From Gammaproteobacteria bacterium (lineage in GTDB: Bacteria > Pseudomonadota > Gammaproteobacteria > UBA4575), in assembly GCA_965215055.1 (NCBI GenBank), contig OZ244046.1, forward strand, positions 1,391,202 to 1,455,201: a stretch of 64,000 nt of DNA, given 5' to 3'. Positions 1-9,130 of this stretch are shown piece by piece; within the stretch, counting starts at the first letter, position 1, and every line of letters begins with the position of its first letter. The notes beneath the pieces were generated by a model. That model saw only the letters and a list, made by a program, of their open reading frames with translations, was not told where the DNA came from and made no database searches. The position numbers were made by a program, and so were the translations under genes.

Positions 1-64
1 AGAAAACAGGCTGGCAATGCAATACCCGTTCCGATGGTGCGAGCAGTAATAAGAGAGGTAATGA

Positions 65-787
65 GTGCGGCAAGTCAAAACGCGGGACGGAATCAGGAAG
101 CACGAACCCTACCCGATAAACGAGTTTCCAGAATCAGTTATTGAATCTGTCTGCAAGCGTATTGTCCACTTGAAAGCAGTGGGTCATGCGGATATGACCG
201 GCGATCAGTTCAGCAGGATATTCTCGGATTCAATATCAGGCCAATCACACGGCAAGCCAATAGGGATTGCAGATGTGTCTTGGAACGGCTGCTGTTGGTC
301 AGTTAAGACTGTTCAGCATAAGAACCCACACACTGCGGGGAAAATTCGCCTAATCAGTGGCAGGAATAGCCCTGTATACTCATCTGGTATCAATGATCCG
401 TTTTCTGATTTGCAGGCTACTGGCCAATCTGTACTCGATATATACAATGACAGAATCAACAAGGCAAAGTGGGATCACGACGACCCTCGCCTTGTAGTAT
501 TGGTTCGCAATATGGCTATACAGGAGTTCACACTGTTTGAACGGCCTATCTATCCGTTAGTGGTAAATAGCTATCACTGGAAGGTGAATAAAAATAATAA
601 TCTTGAAGGCTTTGAAGAAGATCAACATGTATTCACTTGGCAGCCTCACGGTTCACAGTTCACAATCCATGAACCAATTCCACCTAGTGCAACACGGTTT
701 TTAATCAATCGGGAGCCAGGTTTACTGGAGATGAAACACGTCCTAAGACTGGTAAAATTCAAACCTAACTGGGTGGAGATTCTTTAG
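65..787 (+). CDS. hypothetical protein (GTG start) in DNA that replaces the 5' part of speA
   Basis: 240-codon ORF from track. No motif I recognise. In-frame stops at 47-64 upstream. Confidence 0.4.
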   Translation: MRQVKTRDGIRKHEPYPINEFPESVIESVCKRIVHLKAVGHADMTGDQFSRIFSDSISGQSHGKPIGIADVSWNGCCWSVKTVQHKNPHTAGKIRLISGRNSPVYSSGINDPFSDLQATGQSVLDIYNDRINKAKWDHDDPRLVVLVRNMAIQEFTLFERPIYPLVVNSYHWKVNKNNNLEGFEEDQHVFTWQPHGSQFTIHEPIPPSATRFLINREPGLLEMKHVLRLVKFKPNWVEIL

Positions 788-807
788 CTTGTGTGTCAAG
801 TATATAG

Positions 808-1296
808 TTCCCCGATATTTGGGGGCTGAGTCAGATCTTTCCAATCCTGCCACTGCATCGCCTGCAAGAATTTCCTTCGCGCAAGGCGCGGTTGCATGAC
901 CTGACCTGCGACTCGGACGGACAGATACATCACTACGTGGAAGATAATGCCATCAGGCCGTACCTGTCTCTGCACGAATTTCACTCCCGACAAGATTATA
1001 TTCTGGGCTTTTTTCTGATAGGGGCTTACCAGGAGATACTTGGTGACATGCATAATCTATTCGGCAATACGTATGCAGTCAATGTAGAGATAAATGCCGA
1101 CGGCAACCATCGGATTTGCGAGCAGAAGCCCGGTAACACCATTGAGGAGATACTGTCTTGCATACACGTCGATAGTGCGGATATGCGCCAAACCTGGCTG
1201 GAAAAACTTTCCCGAACAGGGGTGTCTGTAAAGGCTGGAAAACTCGCGCTACAGGAACTGGAAACCTTCCTCAAGTCAAACAACTACTTGAGTTGA
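808..1296 (+). pseudogene. speA: 3' remnant of biosynthetic arginine decarboxylase (last ~160 codons only)
   Basis: Frame of ORF 892-1296 stays open upstream to a TAG at ~805-807. Translation FPDIWGLSQIFPILPLHRLQEFPSRKARLHDLTCDSDGQIHHY...GAYQEILGDMHNLFG matches the conserved SpeA C-terminal region (E. coli LPDAWGIDQLFPVLPL..LLDITCDSDG..GAYQEILGNMHNLFG). No SpeA-like sequence 5' of 805. Confidence 0.7.
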
Positions 1297-1361
1297 TATC
1301 CCGCAAATCAATTTTATTAGAAGAAAATGCAGGGTTGCCTTAATGAAACGATAGCCCTTAA

Positions 1362-2408
1362 CTAATGACTGACAAAATCCAGCATACGGCTGGTCGAGCG
1401 GTAGGCTTTCTTGCGAATCTCTTCATCTACAAAAATCTCGTTTTCACCTGACTCCAACACCGCTTCCAGGTTATGCAGGCCGTTCATGGCCATCCACGGG
1501 CAGTGCGCACAACTCTTGCAGGTCGCGCCTTCTCCTGCGGTAGGGGCTTCAATGAAGATCTTGTCCGGTGCCTGCTGTTTCATTTTGTAGAAAATGCGGT
1601 TGTCCGTCGCAACGATGAATTTCTGATGCGGCAACTCCTTGGCTGCTTTTATCAGTGCCGTAGTTGAACCTACGACGTCTGCGACATCGATAACGGCTGC
1701 CGGAGATTCGGGATGCACCAGGATAGCGGCTTCGGGGTGCTGTTCCATTAAATCCCCCAATGCGCGCGCCTTGAATTCTTCATGTACGATACATGCGCCC
1801 TGCCACAGTGTCATGTCCGCACCGGTAACCCGTTCAATGTAACGCCCAAGATGCTTGTCCGGCGCCCACAGTATTTTTTTATCCAGGTCCGTGAGGTGTG
1901 AAATGACCTTTAGCGCAATGCTGGAAGTGACTACCCAATCTGCACGCGCCTTTACTTCGGCACTGGTATTGGCATAGACCACTACTTCATGATCCGGGTA
2001 CTGATCGCAGAACTCGCTGAATTCTTTTATCGGACAGCCAAGATCAAGTGAGCAGGTCGCCTCCAGTGTCGGCATTAACACACGCTTTTCCGGGTTTAAT
2101 ATCTTCGCGGTTTCGCCCATGAACCGAACACCTGCGACGATAAGCGTTGTTGCCGGATGATGGTTGCCGAAGCGCGCCATTTCCAAGGAATCGGATACGC
2201 AGCCGCCCATTTCCTCGGCAATTATTTGTAAGTCTTCATGCGTGTAGTAGTGCGCAACCAGCACGGCATCTTCCTGTTTGAGCAGGCGTTTTATGGCCGC
2301 GATTTTTTCCTCTCTCTGTTGCGGAGAATAAACGGGTAGGCTCGATTGGATAACCGCCGTTTCAGGCACGGCAAATTCGACTGACGAACCTGACATACTA
2401 AAAGCCAT
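1362..2408 (-). CDS. nadA: quinolinate synthase
   Basis: Full-length NadA-like sequence with conserved Cys ligands ([24 protein letters not shown]). Confidence 0.9.
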   Translation of the reverse strand: MAFSMSGSSVEFAVPETAVIQSSLPVYSPQQREEKIAAIKRLLKQEDAVLVAHYYTHEDLQIIAEEMGGCVSDSLEMARFGNHHPATTLIVAGVRFMGETAKILNPEKRVLMPTLEATCSLDLGCPIKEFSEFCDQYPDHEVVVYANTSAEVKARADWVVTSSIALKVISHLTDLDKKILWAPDKHLGRYIERVTGADMTLWQGACIVHEEFKARALGDLMEQHPEAAILVHPESPAAVIDVADVVGSTTALIKAAKELPHQKFIVATDNRIFYKMKQQAPDKIFIEAPTAGEGATCKSCAHCPWMAMNGLHNLEAVLESGENEIFVDEEIRKKAYRSTSRMLDFVSH

Positions 2409-2534
2409 GGTAGTTCATGTACTTTATATATAAGGGTGTGAAGGGGAAATCAAGCCTAAAAAACCTATAACTTGAAGTCACACTCTACTCCGAAGTCATT
2501 TTGAGGTGTTATTGTTCATAAACACGAGTAGAGT

Positions 2535-3848
2535 ATGATCAACATAGACTCAAAGTGTTGCATAATGCGATCTCACTTTTCCCTTCTGGCTCTATGCCTG
2601 TGCCTAGCTACCCTTCAGGCTTGTAAAAGCACAACAAGTCTCAGTGCTCCCATGTTGGACCCCATTTCTGTGCCAACACTCGAAGGCACAAAGCCCATTG
2701 CTTTCAGGAAAATCGTCTTGAAAATCCCCCATCATCGTCCGATTGGTAAGCTATCTAGGGGTCTTCTGTGCCTAAAAAAAGATGATTTTACGCTATCTGG
2801 TGGGCGTCACCAACTGAACACTGATCGGTTCAATGAAATCTTTCACACCGAGCTTCAACTCGCAAACTACAAAGTTGTCGGTGACCCGGATGCTTTGTTC
2901 GAAGACCCAGAGATCAAATCGGCAGAATATTTAATCGCTGGCCTAGTCAAGAGCATAGAGGCGAACGTGTGCTATCCAAAGAGTAGGTCTGGAAATTACA
3001 GTTCCTCGAGTGCGGCGGTCTACATGGAAGTAGAGTGGCAGATTTTTGATGCGTTGCGGCGCAAGATTGTAGAGAAAGTGCACACACAGGGTTCATCCAA
3101 GGTTGGTATAAGCTATAACGGTATTGGGAAGGCGTTTGATAATGCCTTCGCGCTTGCGACGCGGAATCTGCTCGCAGACAAGAAATTTTATCAACTCGTG
3201 CACATAAGCGACGCGGAGAACCAATACACTGATCAAGTTAAAAAAGACAACGACTGGAAGCTTGCAGCTTTGAACACTGTGAAAATATCAACAGTTAATG
3301 GAGAGGTCGACATAGACTTACTGAAACAAGCTACTGCGGTCGTGCGGTCTGCACTCGGCCATGGTAGCGGTTTCGTGATCGGAGAGGGGTTTCTCGTCAC
3401 TAGTGAGCATGTCGTCGCTGGAGCGAAGAAGGTCAGGTTAATTTTTGGTGATGGCGCGGAGATCGATGCGAATGTAGTGATTGTCGATGATCGCAGAGAT
3501 GTCGCGTTGATTCATTTCACCGATAGCTTCATAAGACCTTTGTTGCCCATAAGGCCCACAAGCGTGGAGGTTGGGGAGGAAGTTTATTCGTTTGGTGCGC
3601 CTTTGAGTGAGAAATATAGCGGCACGCTCCGAAAAGGCGTTGTTAGTGCCCATCGCAGGGTCCAAGGCCTCGATTACATACAAAGCGACGCTCCTGTCAA
3701 TCCTGGAAACTCTGGCGGGCCGTTGATCGACAGAAACGGTTCTGTGGTAGGTATCTCGGTGTCAGGTCTTTTGTATGATAGCTCTGTGGAGCAAGGGGTA
3801 AACTTTTTTATTCCTATCAAAGAGGTACTCGCCGCTTTAAGGAAGTAG
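2535..3848 (+). CDS. lipoprotein with unknown N-terminal domain and C-terminal trypsin-like (S1) serine protease domain. True start probably ~2565
   Basis: Lipobox LALCLCLATLQAC. C-terminal GSGFVIGEGFLVTSEHVV...GNSGGPLIDRNGSVVGISVSG (His and Ser active-site motifs of DegP-type proteases). Lower GC than flanking core genes. Confidence 0.6.
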   Translation: MINIDSKCCIMRSHFSLLALCLCLATLQACKSTTSLSAPMLDPISVPTLEGTKPIAFRKIVLKIPHHRPIGKLSRGLLCLKKDDFTLSGGRHQLNTDRFNEIFHTELQLANYKVVGDPDALFEDPEIKSAEYLIAGLVKSIEANVCYPKSRSGNYSSSSAAVYMEVEWQIFDALRRKIVEKVHTQGSSKVGISYNGIGKAFDNAFALATRNLLADKKFYQLVHISDAENQYTDQVKKDNDWKLAALNTVKISTVNGEVDIDLLKQATAVVRSALGHGSGFVIGEGFLVTSEHVVAGAKKVRLIFGDGAEIDANVVIVDDRRDVALIHFTDSFIRPLLPIRPTSVEVGEEVYSFGAPLSEKYSGTLRKGVVSAHRRVQGLDYIQSDAPVNPGNSGGPLIDRNGSVVGISVSGLLYDSSVEQGVNFFIPIKEVLAALRK

Positions 3849-3954
3849 CTTCCATATACCGCACCGGATAAGGAGGACTATACAAGGAGATATATAGTTA
3901 ATGCGATATATGACCCATTACTTACCATGCTAAGGGAGGAACAAGATAAGTAAA

Positions 3955-4239
3955 CTAGTGCTGCCATCGGTTCCTACACACAGCAGAGTACTTGTCGCAA
4001 CCAGTAGAGGTGATCCAGTCGTTTCTACCTCTATATTCAACCTCAGAAACCTGTCTTTCAGCCTCTCTAGTTCGTCGTGCTGCGTCTTCCATGCTGTAAT
4101 CAGGCCGCCATTCTCGCTCATAACTTGCATTGATTCTGGCTTGGGCTTCATCTATTTTCGGATCGCCTGTAGGCCAAGCTCCCGCATTGCTGAACATAAA
4201 GGCTCCGAATAGCATCAATATCAGTAGTTTAATCTTCAT
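3955..4239 (-). CDS. small secreted hypothetical protein
   Basis: N-terminal signal peptide MKIKLLILMLFGAFMFSNAGA. AT-rich context. Confidence 0.4.
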   Translation of the reverse strand: MKIKLLILMLFGAFMFSNAGAWPTGDPKIDEAQARINASYEREWRPDYSMEDAARRTREAERQVSEVEYRGRNDWITSTGCDKYSAVCRNRWQH

Positions 4240-4433
4240 AGTTATCTCCTTTTAGGTTAGTCATTTCTTCCGTCTCTTATCTGCCCTATGAAACTTGCAA
4301 GCTACTTTTCGTGAAATCTTCTTGCGAACCCTGCCTTTACAAGCGGCTGCCATAAATCGTCTCTGTTTGGCAGTCTTGCTAGGCATGTCGTTTTTATCCT
4401 TGTAAAGAGTATATGCAGGTATTTAATCAACAG

Positions 4434-4739
4434 TCAACCTCCTCTTGGTATCTGATCCTCTGGACTTGACCATACATTCGCTATTCTTTTCCAGTGTTCA
4501 TTATTAGTCGGGTTAAAGTCATGGAGGTGGTCATACGAATCTGTGATATTTATCCACGCCTTAATTGCTTCATAGCGCCGGATATACTGCCCTCGCTTTG
4601 TATCGAAAGTCTGCTTTTCCGTATCAGACATGGCTAATCTTATATGTATTTCGTCAATCTCGTCATCTGCCAAGTATACTTTTGTGCATATTCGCTTTCG
4701 GCAGTTCTCTTTCAGGGTTTTCAACTTGCCAAACTTCAT
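4434..4739 (-). CDS. hypothetical protein (101 aa) immediately downstream of the giant NTPase gene
   Basis: ORF from track, no recognisable motif. AT-rich. Confidence 0.35.
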   Translation of the reverse strand: MKFGKLKTLKENCRKRICTKVYLADDEIDEIHIRLAMSDTEKQTFDTKRGQYIRRYEAIKAWINITDSYDHLHDFNPTNNEHWKRIANVWSSPEDQIPRGG

Positions 4740-4817
4740 TCTACGAACCTGATCTTCCTTAAAAGCCGATACGATGTCATTCCAACTAGGCTTTGGACAT
4801 CGTTCTGAATGAAGGCA

Positions 4818-7800
4818 CTAGATTTCATGCTGTGCCTCTCGTTCCTCGTCTTCGGTGTGGGCGTTCTCGATCTCGGTATTGAGTCGGCGAAGCATGGTTT
4901 TGGCCCAGCGTTGCACTTGCCCCCGTGGATGATCATTCAGCGTGCTTAGCGGCGCTTGGTAAAGCTCGTAATAGGCTCCTAATGCTCCCCACCAAACGAA
5001 GGTATGTATATTGCGAGAGATAGCTTGCAGCACATCCTGACGGTCGCCGAACTCGTCGAGTAGCCGCGTCATGACTTGATGCAGCAAGCGTTTGGTGGCA
5101 TCAACTCGATAAGTGTTGAGTACCGGCACGATCGCTGCTGTGAAAGCCGGTGCGCGCTCCGGGTTAGCATGGCACCAAGCGAACAAGGTATCCTGGGGAA
5201 GGCTCAAGATTGGGGGATTCTCCCCGCGCATGGAAGAACCCAGGCCGTTCAAGACAGATTCAAAGTGCAACGCTTGCCTTCGGTCAGAAACGATTGCTTG
5301 ACCAATGAGAGGCCAAGTTATTTCGGGAAAGTTAGACAGCAGTATGGGAATCATAGGCTCCAAAAGCCGCCCATGGTGCTGCTCAGCAATTTTGACCAGC
5401 GCACGCGCCAGCACCAAGGCTATGGTACAAGCGTCGCGGTCCTGCCGGCCATGCTTCAGCATCCACTCAGTGATTGTCTCGAAGTGGTAAGCTACCATTG
5501 TTTCACGCGGTGGCTGTTCCCACCGGGCTATATTTTCTGCAGACTTAAGGATTTGTGGTCGTAGGTCATCGAGCTTATCGAGTGCACCATGAACATACTT
5601 CCCCATTAGGCTCACAGCTACTGCAAACGCTTCCATATTGTGGTCGAGCATCGCATCAAACAAGGGCGCTACCACAGGGGCAGGAACCTTAGCAAGCACT
5701 CCACCAAATTTCCAGCACTCTAATTGTTCAGGATCCAGCAAGCCCTCCTGAAGAGCATCAATAATCAACTCGATATCTGATGGGGTGATGCCGATTCGCA
5801 AACAAATTAGGGGAAGTGCTGATGCAAGCTCGGGCGATTGTGCCGCCTTCCGTTTAAAATCATCCACGACATCTGGATGGTTCTCAACGATACCCTTTAC
5901 ATACCCTGAAAGCAGATCGAAGTTACGCTCTTCCGGCACTTCTACGACAGCGGAGGTGATTGGTTTCAGCCAGTCCAGCGGTGACTCAGCAGAGGTGGCG
6001 ATAGACTTTCCAAAGATATAAGCTTTACGCTGCTGACCTTGGCTGACTCGGAGCAGAATTCTCTTAAGGGTCGCTGGTGGTTGTTTGACGATCTCGACTG
6101 CTAGCACACGCACTGCCTCAGCTTGGCGCTGTTCGAGTGTATCGAAATCTAACTTTTCTTCACAAGGAAAGTCCCATGGCATCTCGGTGACGAGGAAACG
6201 CACGCGCGCTTCTATATCCTTCGGCTGCAGCTTGGCAATCAATGTCTTGACCCGACTGATCATTTCATGATCATCGTCGGTAGCATCGTGCTTGAGGAAA
6301 TGACCAAGACTTTCCAGTGCCTCTACCCACTGATCAACTTTATCGCCTACCTGGTCGACCACTGTTTCCACGGTATCAATGAGACCATGCTCAATCAGTG
6401 AGTGTAGATGACGGCCGAGACTGGCGCGAGCAGCGATACCGGAGTCGTCGTCCTGCTCAGCAAATTGAGCAAGGTACATCACACAATTCTTAATATAGTC
6501 AGTTGCCTTCTCGTTTGTGTCTGGACGCCAATCTTTTAGAGCTGGTCGGGACCCGTGAATCTCTGCGCCCACATAACGCGAGAAATAATCCGTCTTCACT
6601 CCAGCAATCAGAGCTTTGACGACAATAGAGCGTTGTACAGGATTGTTAGTTTTGGTTGCTTCATTCAGGATGGAGAGCCGCGAATTGCCATCGGCGGCAG
6701 TGTTACCAGCCAGCATAGGAAAGAGTGCTTTGAACTGATTGGCGGCGTTGTTGTGGATATGTTGTTTGTTCTCGGCAACTGCGAGGCGTAGCAGGAGTCG
6801 GGTGCCATCCTCAAAGGTGTCAGAACAAAAGGCAATTTTCTCCAGTGCCAAGACAAGGTGACAGTGCACGTCGCCTTTGATCTCCGACAGATTCTCAATT
6901 TCTATCAAGGAGCGCTTAATCTGGTCCACAACAACTCTAGAGTTGATTTCGGCAAAAGCTGACAGCACCTCGGCGTGGTCCGCCTTGTAAACTCCTTCGG
7001 AGCCATCGAACGGTCCATCCCGACGGCAGACATGAGCAACCACTTTCTGGGAAATGTCAGTCGTGTTAAGCAGGGCGAGCTGCCGAGCAGCCCGGATTTT
7101 GAGATTGGAACTAGTATCGCCGGCCAGTACCTCATCCCATTTATCTGGGGTCCACCTTTGCCACTGACTCTCGGCTAGTCTCATGGCGACCGGGCGAGGC
7201 TGAAGAATAGCTAATCTTCCTCTCCGTTGAACAACGCCTCGCTCGGTAAGTTGCTGGAAAGCGTCGTGTAGGTCTTCGACCGTAAGATTACAGCTCACGT
7301 GGGCAATCTCACCGAGTTCAGTTGAGTCCTCTATCTCGACTAAGCCAAATGTGGCCAGTAACGCCGCCGACTTGCGTAACAGGTCGGGCTTATGAGGCTT
7401 GCGTCCCAGGACGAATGCGTCGACAAGATCATGGTCCTCGACATGAGCAACGGGTATGCCCTCAGTCCATGCTTTCCTGATGCGGATGGCGATTCTCGGG
7501 AAGCCTTTGGAGAAATGCACAAGCCGTCGCTGGTCTTCGGACGGCAAGCCCAGTGGCACTTGATTGACGATGGCCTCAATAACAGAAAGTGGTGCCTCCT
7601 CAACCTTGAATGTCATCTTATCCAACGTTTCCAACGTTCCAGGAGGTATCTCGCTGTCGATAGTGACTAGTGAAAGATGGCTACACTCACGCGAAACTAT
7701 GCCAGTGAGAATCCTATGCGTTCCAGGAGTACAACAATCGACGACCACAATGGCGCGCTGCCCCATATCCACCAGATTTTGAACGATGTTATTGATAGAT

Positions 7801-8849
7801 TCCGAGTCGGCCTCGGACTCGTTGGCATAAAGCACGATGTTGCTAACGAAGAGGTCCTCTTCGTTAGCGGAACCAAGAGCTTCAAGTGTCAATCGGGATT
7901 TGCCGACGCCCGATAGTCCGACTATGCGGACAACACCTTTTGGTTTTGTTACCCGCTCACGCAGCCAGGTACGCAACACGGGAAGACGCTCGTCATCGAC
8001 CCGGAGCGAGCTGTCATGCTCGGCGCGACCAGCCCAGTGGGACCAGGAGCGGAAGGGACCAATGGTTCCGGGCTGTGTCTGCTCCTTCACCCAGGTAGCA
8101 ACAGCGGGGTGGCTATTTGTCCACGCAGCGATCTGGTCGGCGTCGCGAAACTGGACTTGGTCATCGTCGATGGTGATACCAGTGCCACGAAGTGCTTCCA
8201 GAATCCGCATTTCTCGTTTTTTGATATCCTTGTAGACGTAACGATGGGCACACAGCATAATGTAGCGACCGCCATCCTCAATAGTCGAGCCCACCATACC
8301 CTTGACCGATCCTGCTTTGGTCAGAACATCGCTGCCTGCCTTGGCCGGCGTAATTTTGCTCGCTTTTAATTGGAACTGATTGAGCCGTGAAGGAAGGAAT
8401 GGTGTATGGTCAGGGCCGTCGTCCCATCTGATGTGTCCGTCTTCGCCTTCATCAGGGGTAGTAATTTTGCTGGCCACATGGACGTTATAAGCTGGCAGCC
8501 CATTGGCTGCGGCTTCCGCATGTAGTATCCGCTCTAAAAATAGGGAGAATGTCCGCTCGGTTAGAAATGCGATGTGCTCCCCTGTCACTTCGAATGGGCG
8601 GTGTTTTACAATGGTGGTCATAGGACGAGACTTACTTCCTTGAAGGGTAGAGATCGCGGCTGGGTTAGCCTTCAGCAACCGCAGCAGGTTAACGACAGAA
8701 GCAGCAGGCTTCACAGTTCCAGACTCATATTTTGTGAAGGCGCGTGGCCCACCACCCAATAGTTCACCGGCCTCTACTTGGGAAAGGCCAAGCTCTTTTC
8801 GAATAGCGCGGATTTCATCAGGGTCGATCTCGTTTTTATTTTCTTTCAT
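4818..8849 (-). CDS. 1,343-aa multidomain protein: N-terminal MqsA-type (XRE) HTH, unknown middle region, P-loop NTPase, ~900-aa alpha-helical (HEAT/ARM-like) repeat tail. Candidate defence-type STAND-like NTPase
   Basis: aa 14-66 IRKELGLSQVEAGELLGGGPRAFTKYESGTVKPAASVVNLLRLL aligns with the MqsA C-terminal HTH (VRKKLSLTQKEASEIFGGGVNAFSRYEKGNAQPHPSTIKLLRVL). Walker A GLSGVGKS (aa 311-318, nt ~7896-7919). Walker B-like AIVVVDCC (aa 366-373). No stop in 4 kb. Confidence 0.65.
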   Translation of the reverse strand: MKENKNEIDPDEIRAIRKELGLSQVEAGELLGGGPRAFTKYESGTVKPAASVVNLLRLLKANPAAISTLQGSKSRPMTTIVKHRPFEVTGEHIAFLTERTFSLFLERILHAEAAANGLPAYNVHVASKITTPDEGEDGHIRWDDGPDHTPFLPSRLNQFQLKASKITPAKAGSDVLTKAGSVKGMVGSTIEDGGRYIMLCAHRYVYKDIKKREMRILEALRGTGITIDDDQVQFRDADQIAAWTNSHPAVATWVKEQTQPGTIGPFRSWSHWAGRAEHDSSLRVDDERLPVLRTWLRERVTKPKGVVRIVGLSGVGKSRLTLEALGSANEEDLFVSNIVLYANESEADSESINNIVQNLVDMGQRAIVVVDCCTPGTHRILTGIVSRECSHLSLVTIDSEIPPGTLETLDKMTFKVEEAPLSVIEAIVNQVPLGLPSEDQRRLVHFSKGFPRIAIRIRKAWTEGIPVAHVEDHDLVDAFVLGRKPHKPDLLRKSAALLATFGLVEIEDSTELGEIAHVSCNLTVEDLHDAFQQLTERGVVQRRGRLAILQPRPVAMRLAESQWQRWTPDKWDEVLAGDTSSNLKIRAARQLALLNTTDISQKVVAHVCRRDGPFDGSEGVYKADHAEVLSAFAEINSRVVVDQIKRSLIEIENLSEIKGDVHCHLVLALEKIAFCSDTFEDGTRLLLRLAVAENKQHIHNNAANQFKALFPMLAGNTAADGNSRLSILNEATKTNNPVQRSIVVKALIAGVKTDYFSRYVGAEIHGSRPALKDWRPDTNEKATDYIKNCVMYLAQFAEQDDDSGIAARASLGRHLHSLIEHGLIDTVETVVDQVGDKVDQWVEALESLGHFLKHDATDDDHEMISRVKTLIAKLQPKDIEARVRFLVTEMPWDFPCEEKLDFDTLEQRQAEAVRVLAVEIVKQPPATLKRILLRVSQGQQRKAYIFGKSIATSAESPLDWLKPITSAVVEVPEERNFDLLSGYVKGIVENHPDVVDDFKRKAAQSPELASALPLICLRIGITPSDIELIIDALQEGLLDPEQLECWKFGGVLAKVPAPVVAPLFDAMLDHNMEAFAVAVSLMGKYVHGALDKLDDLRPQILKSAENIARWEQPPRETMVAYHFETITEWMLKHGRQDRDACTIALVLARALVKIAEQHHGRLLEPMIPILLSNFPEITWPLIGQAIVSDRRQALHFESVLNGLGSSMRGENPPILSLPQDTLFAWCHANPERAPAFTAAIVPVLNTYRVDATKRLLHQVMTRLLDEFGDRQDVLQAISRNIHTFVWWGALGAYYELYQAPLSTLNDHPRGQVQRWAKTMLRRLNTEIENAHTEDEEREAQHEI

Positions 8850-8854
8850 AATGT

Positions 8855-8865
8855 ACCTTAAAGGT
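8855..8865. promoter_or_regulatory. MqsA-type operator-like palindrome ACCT-TAA-AGGT 6-16 nt upstream of the start codon of the giant HTH-NTPase gene
   Basis: Plus strand atgtACCTTAAAGGTcat directly adjacent to the ATG at 8849-8847 (minus). MqsA is known to bind ACCT-N(2-4)-AGGT palindromes. Confidence 0.5.
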
Positions 8866-9130
8866 CATATATTAAATAATAAGCACCATTATGGTATATA
8901 TTTTTTATGGTGTCAAGATTTGATTCTAATATGAGGTTGTTGAGTTCTCTTACACCACCTCTTCTCCTACGCAACCTCTTAATGTATTTCTCGGTGGTCC
9001 TCGCCAGAACTTTGATTGATCACTGATTTCGAGAAGTTGTTCTGAAGAAGGAGTGGGAGTCATGTTGTTTTACCTGAAATAGGGAATAGTAGGCGTAAAA
9101 TAACTTGCTTGTTACCAACCTTTTGTCTTC

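Noticed and set aside
796-1283. Minus-strand ORFs 796-1053 and 1026-1283
   Set aside because: Antisense to the clearly SpeA-homologous frame. No features of their own.
4736-4936. 66-aa ORF overlapping the 3' end of the giant NTPase gene
   Set aside because: Same strand, different frame, fully nested in the overlap region. No start context. Most likely spurious.
5076-8369. Many 60-170-aa plus-strand ORFs antisense to the 4818-8849 gene
   Set aside because: Nested antisense ORFs of a long GC-balanced coding region. The long uninterrupted minus-strand frame with coherent domains is the real gene.
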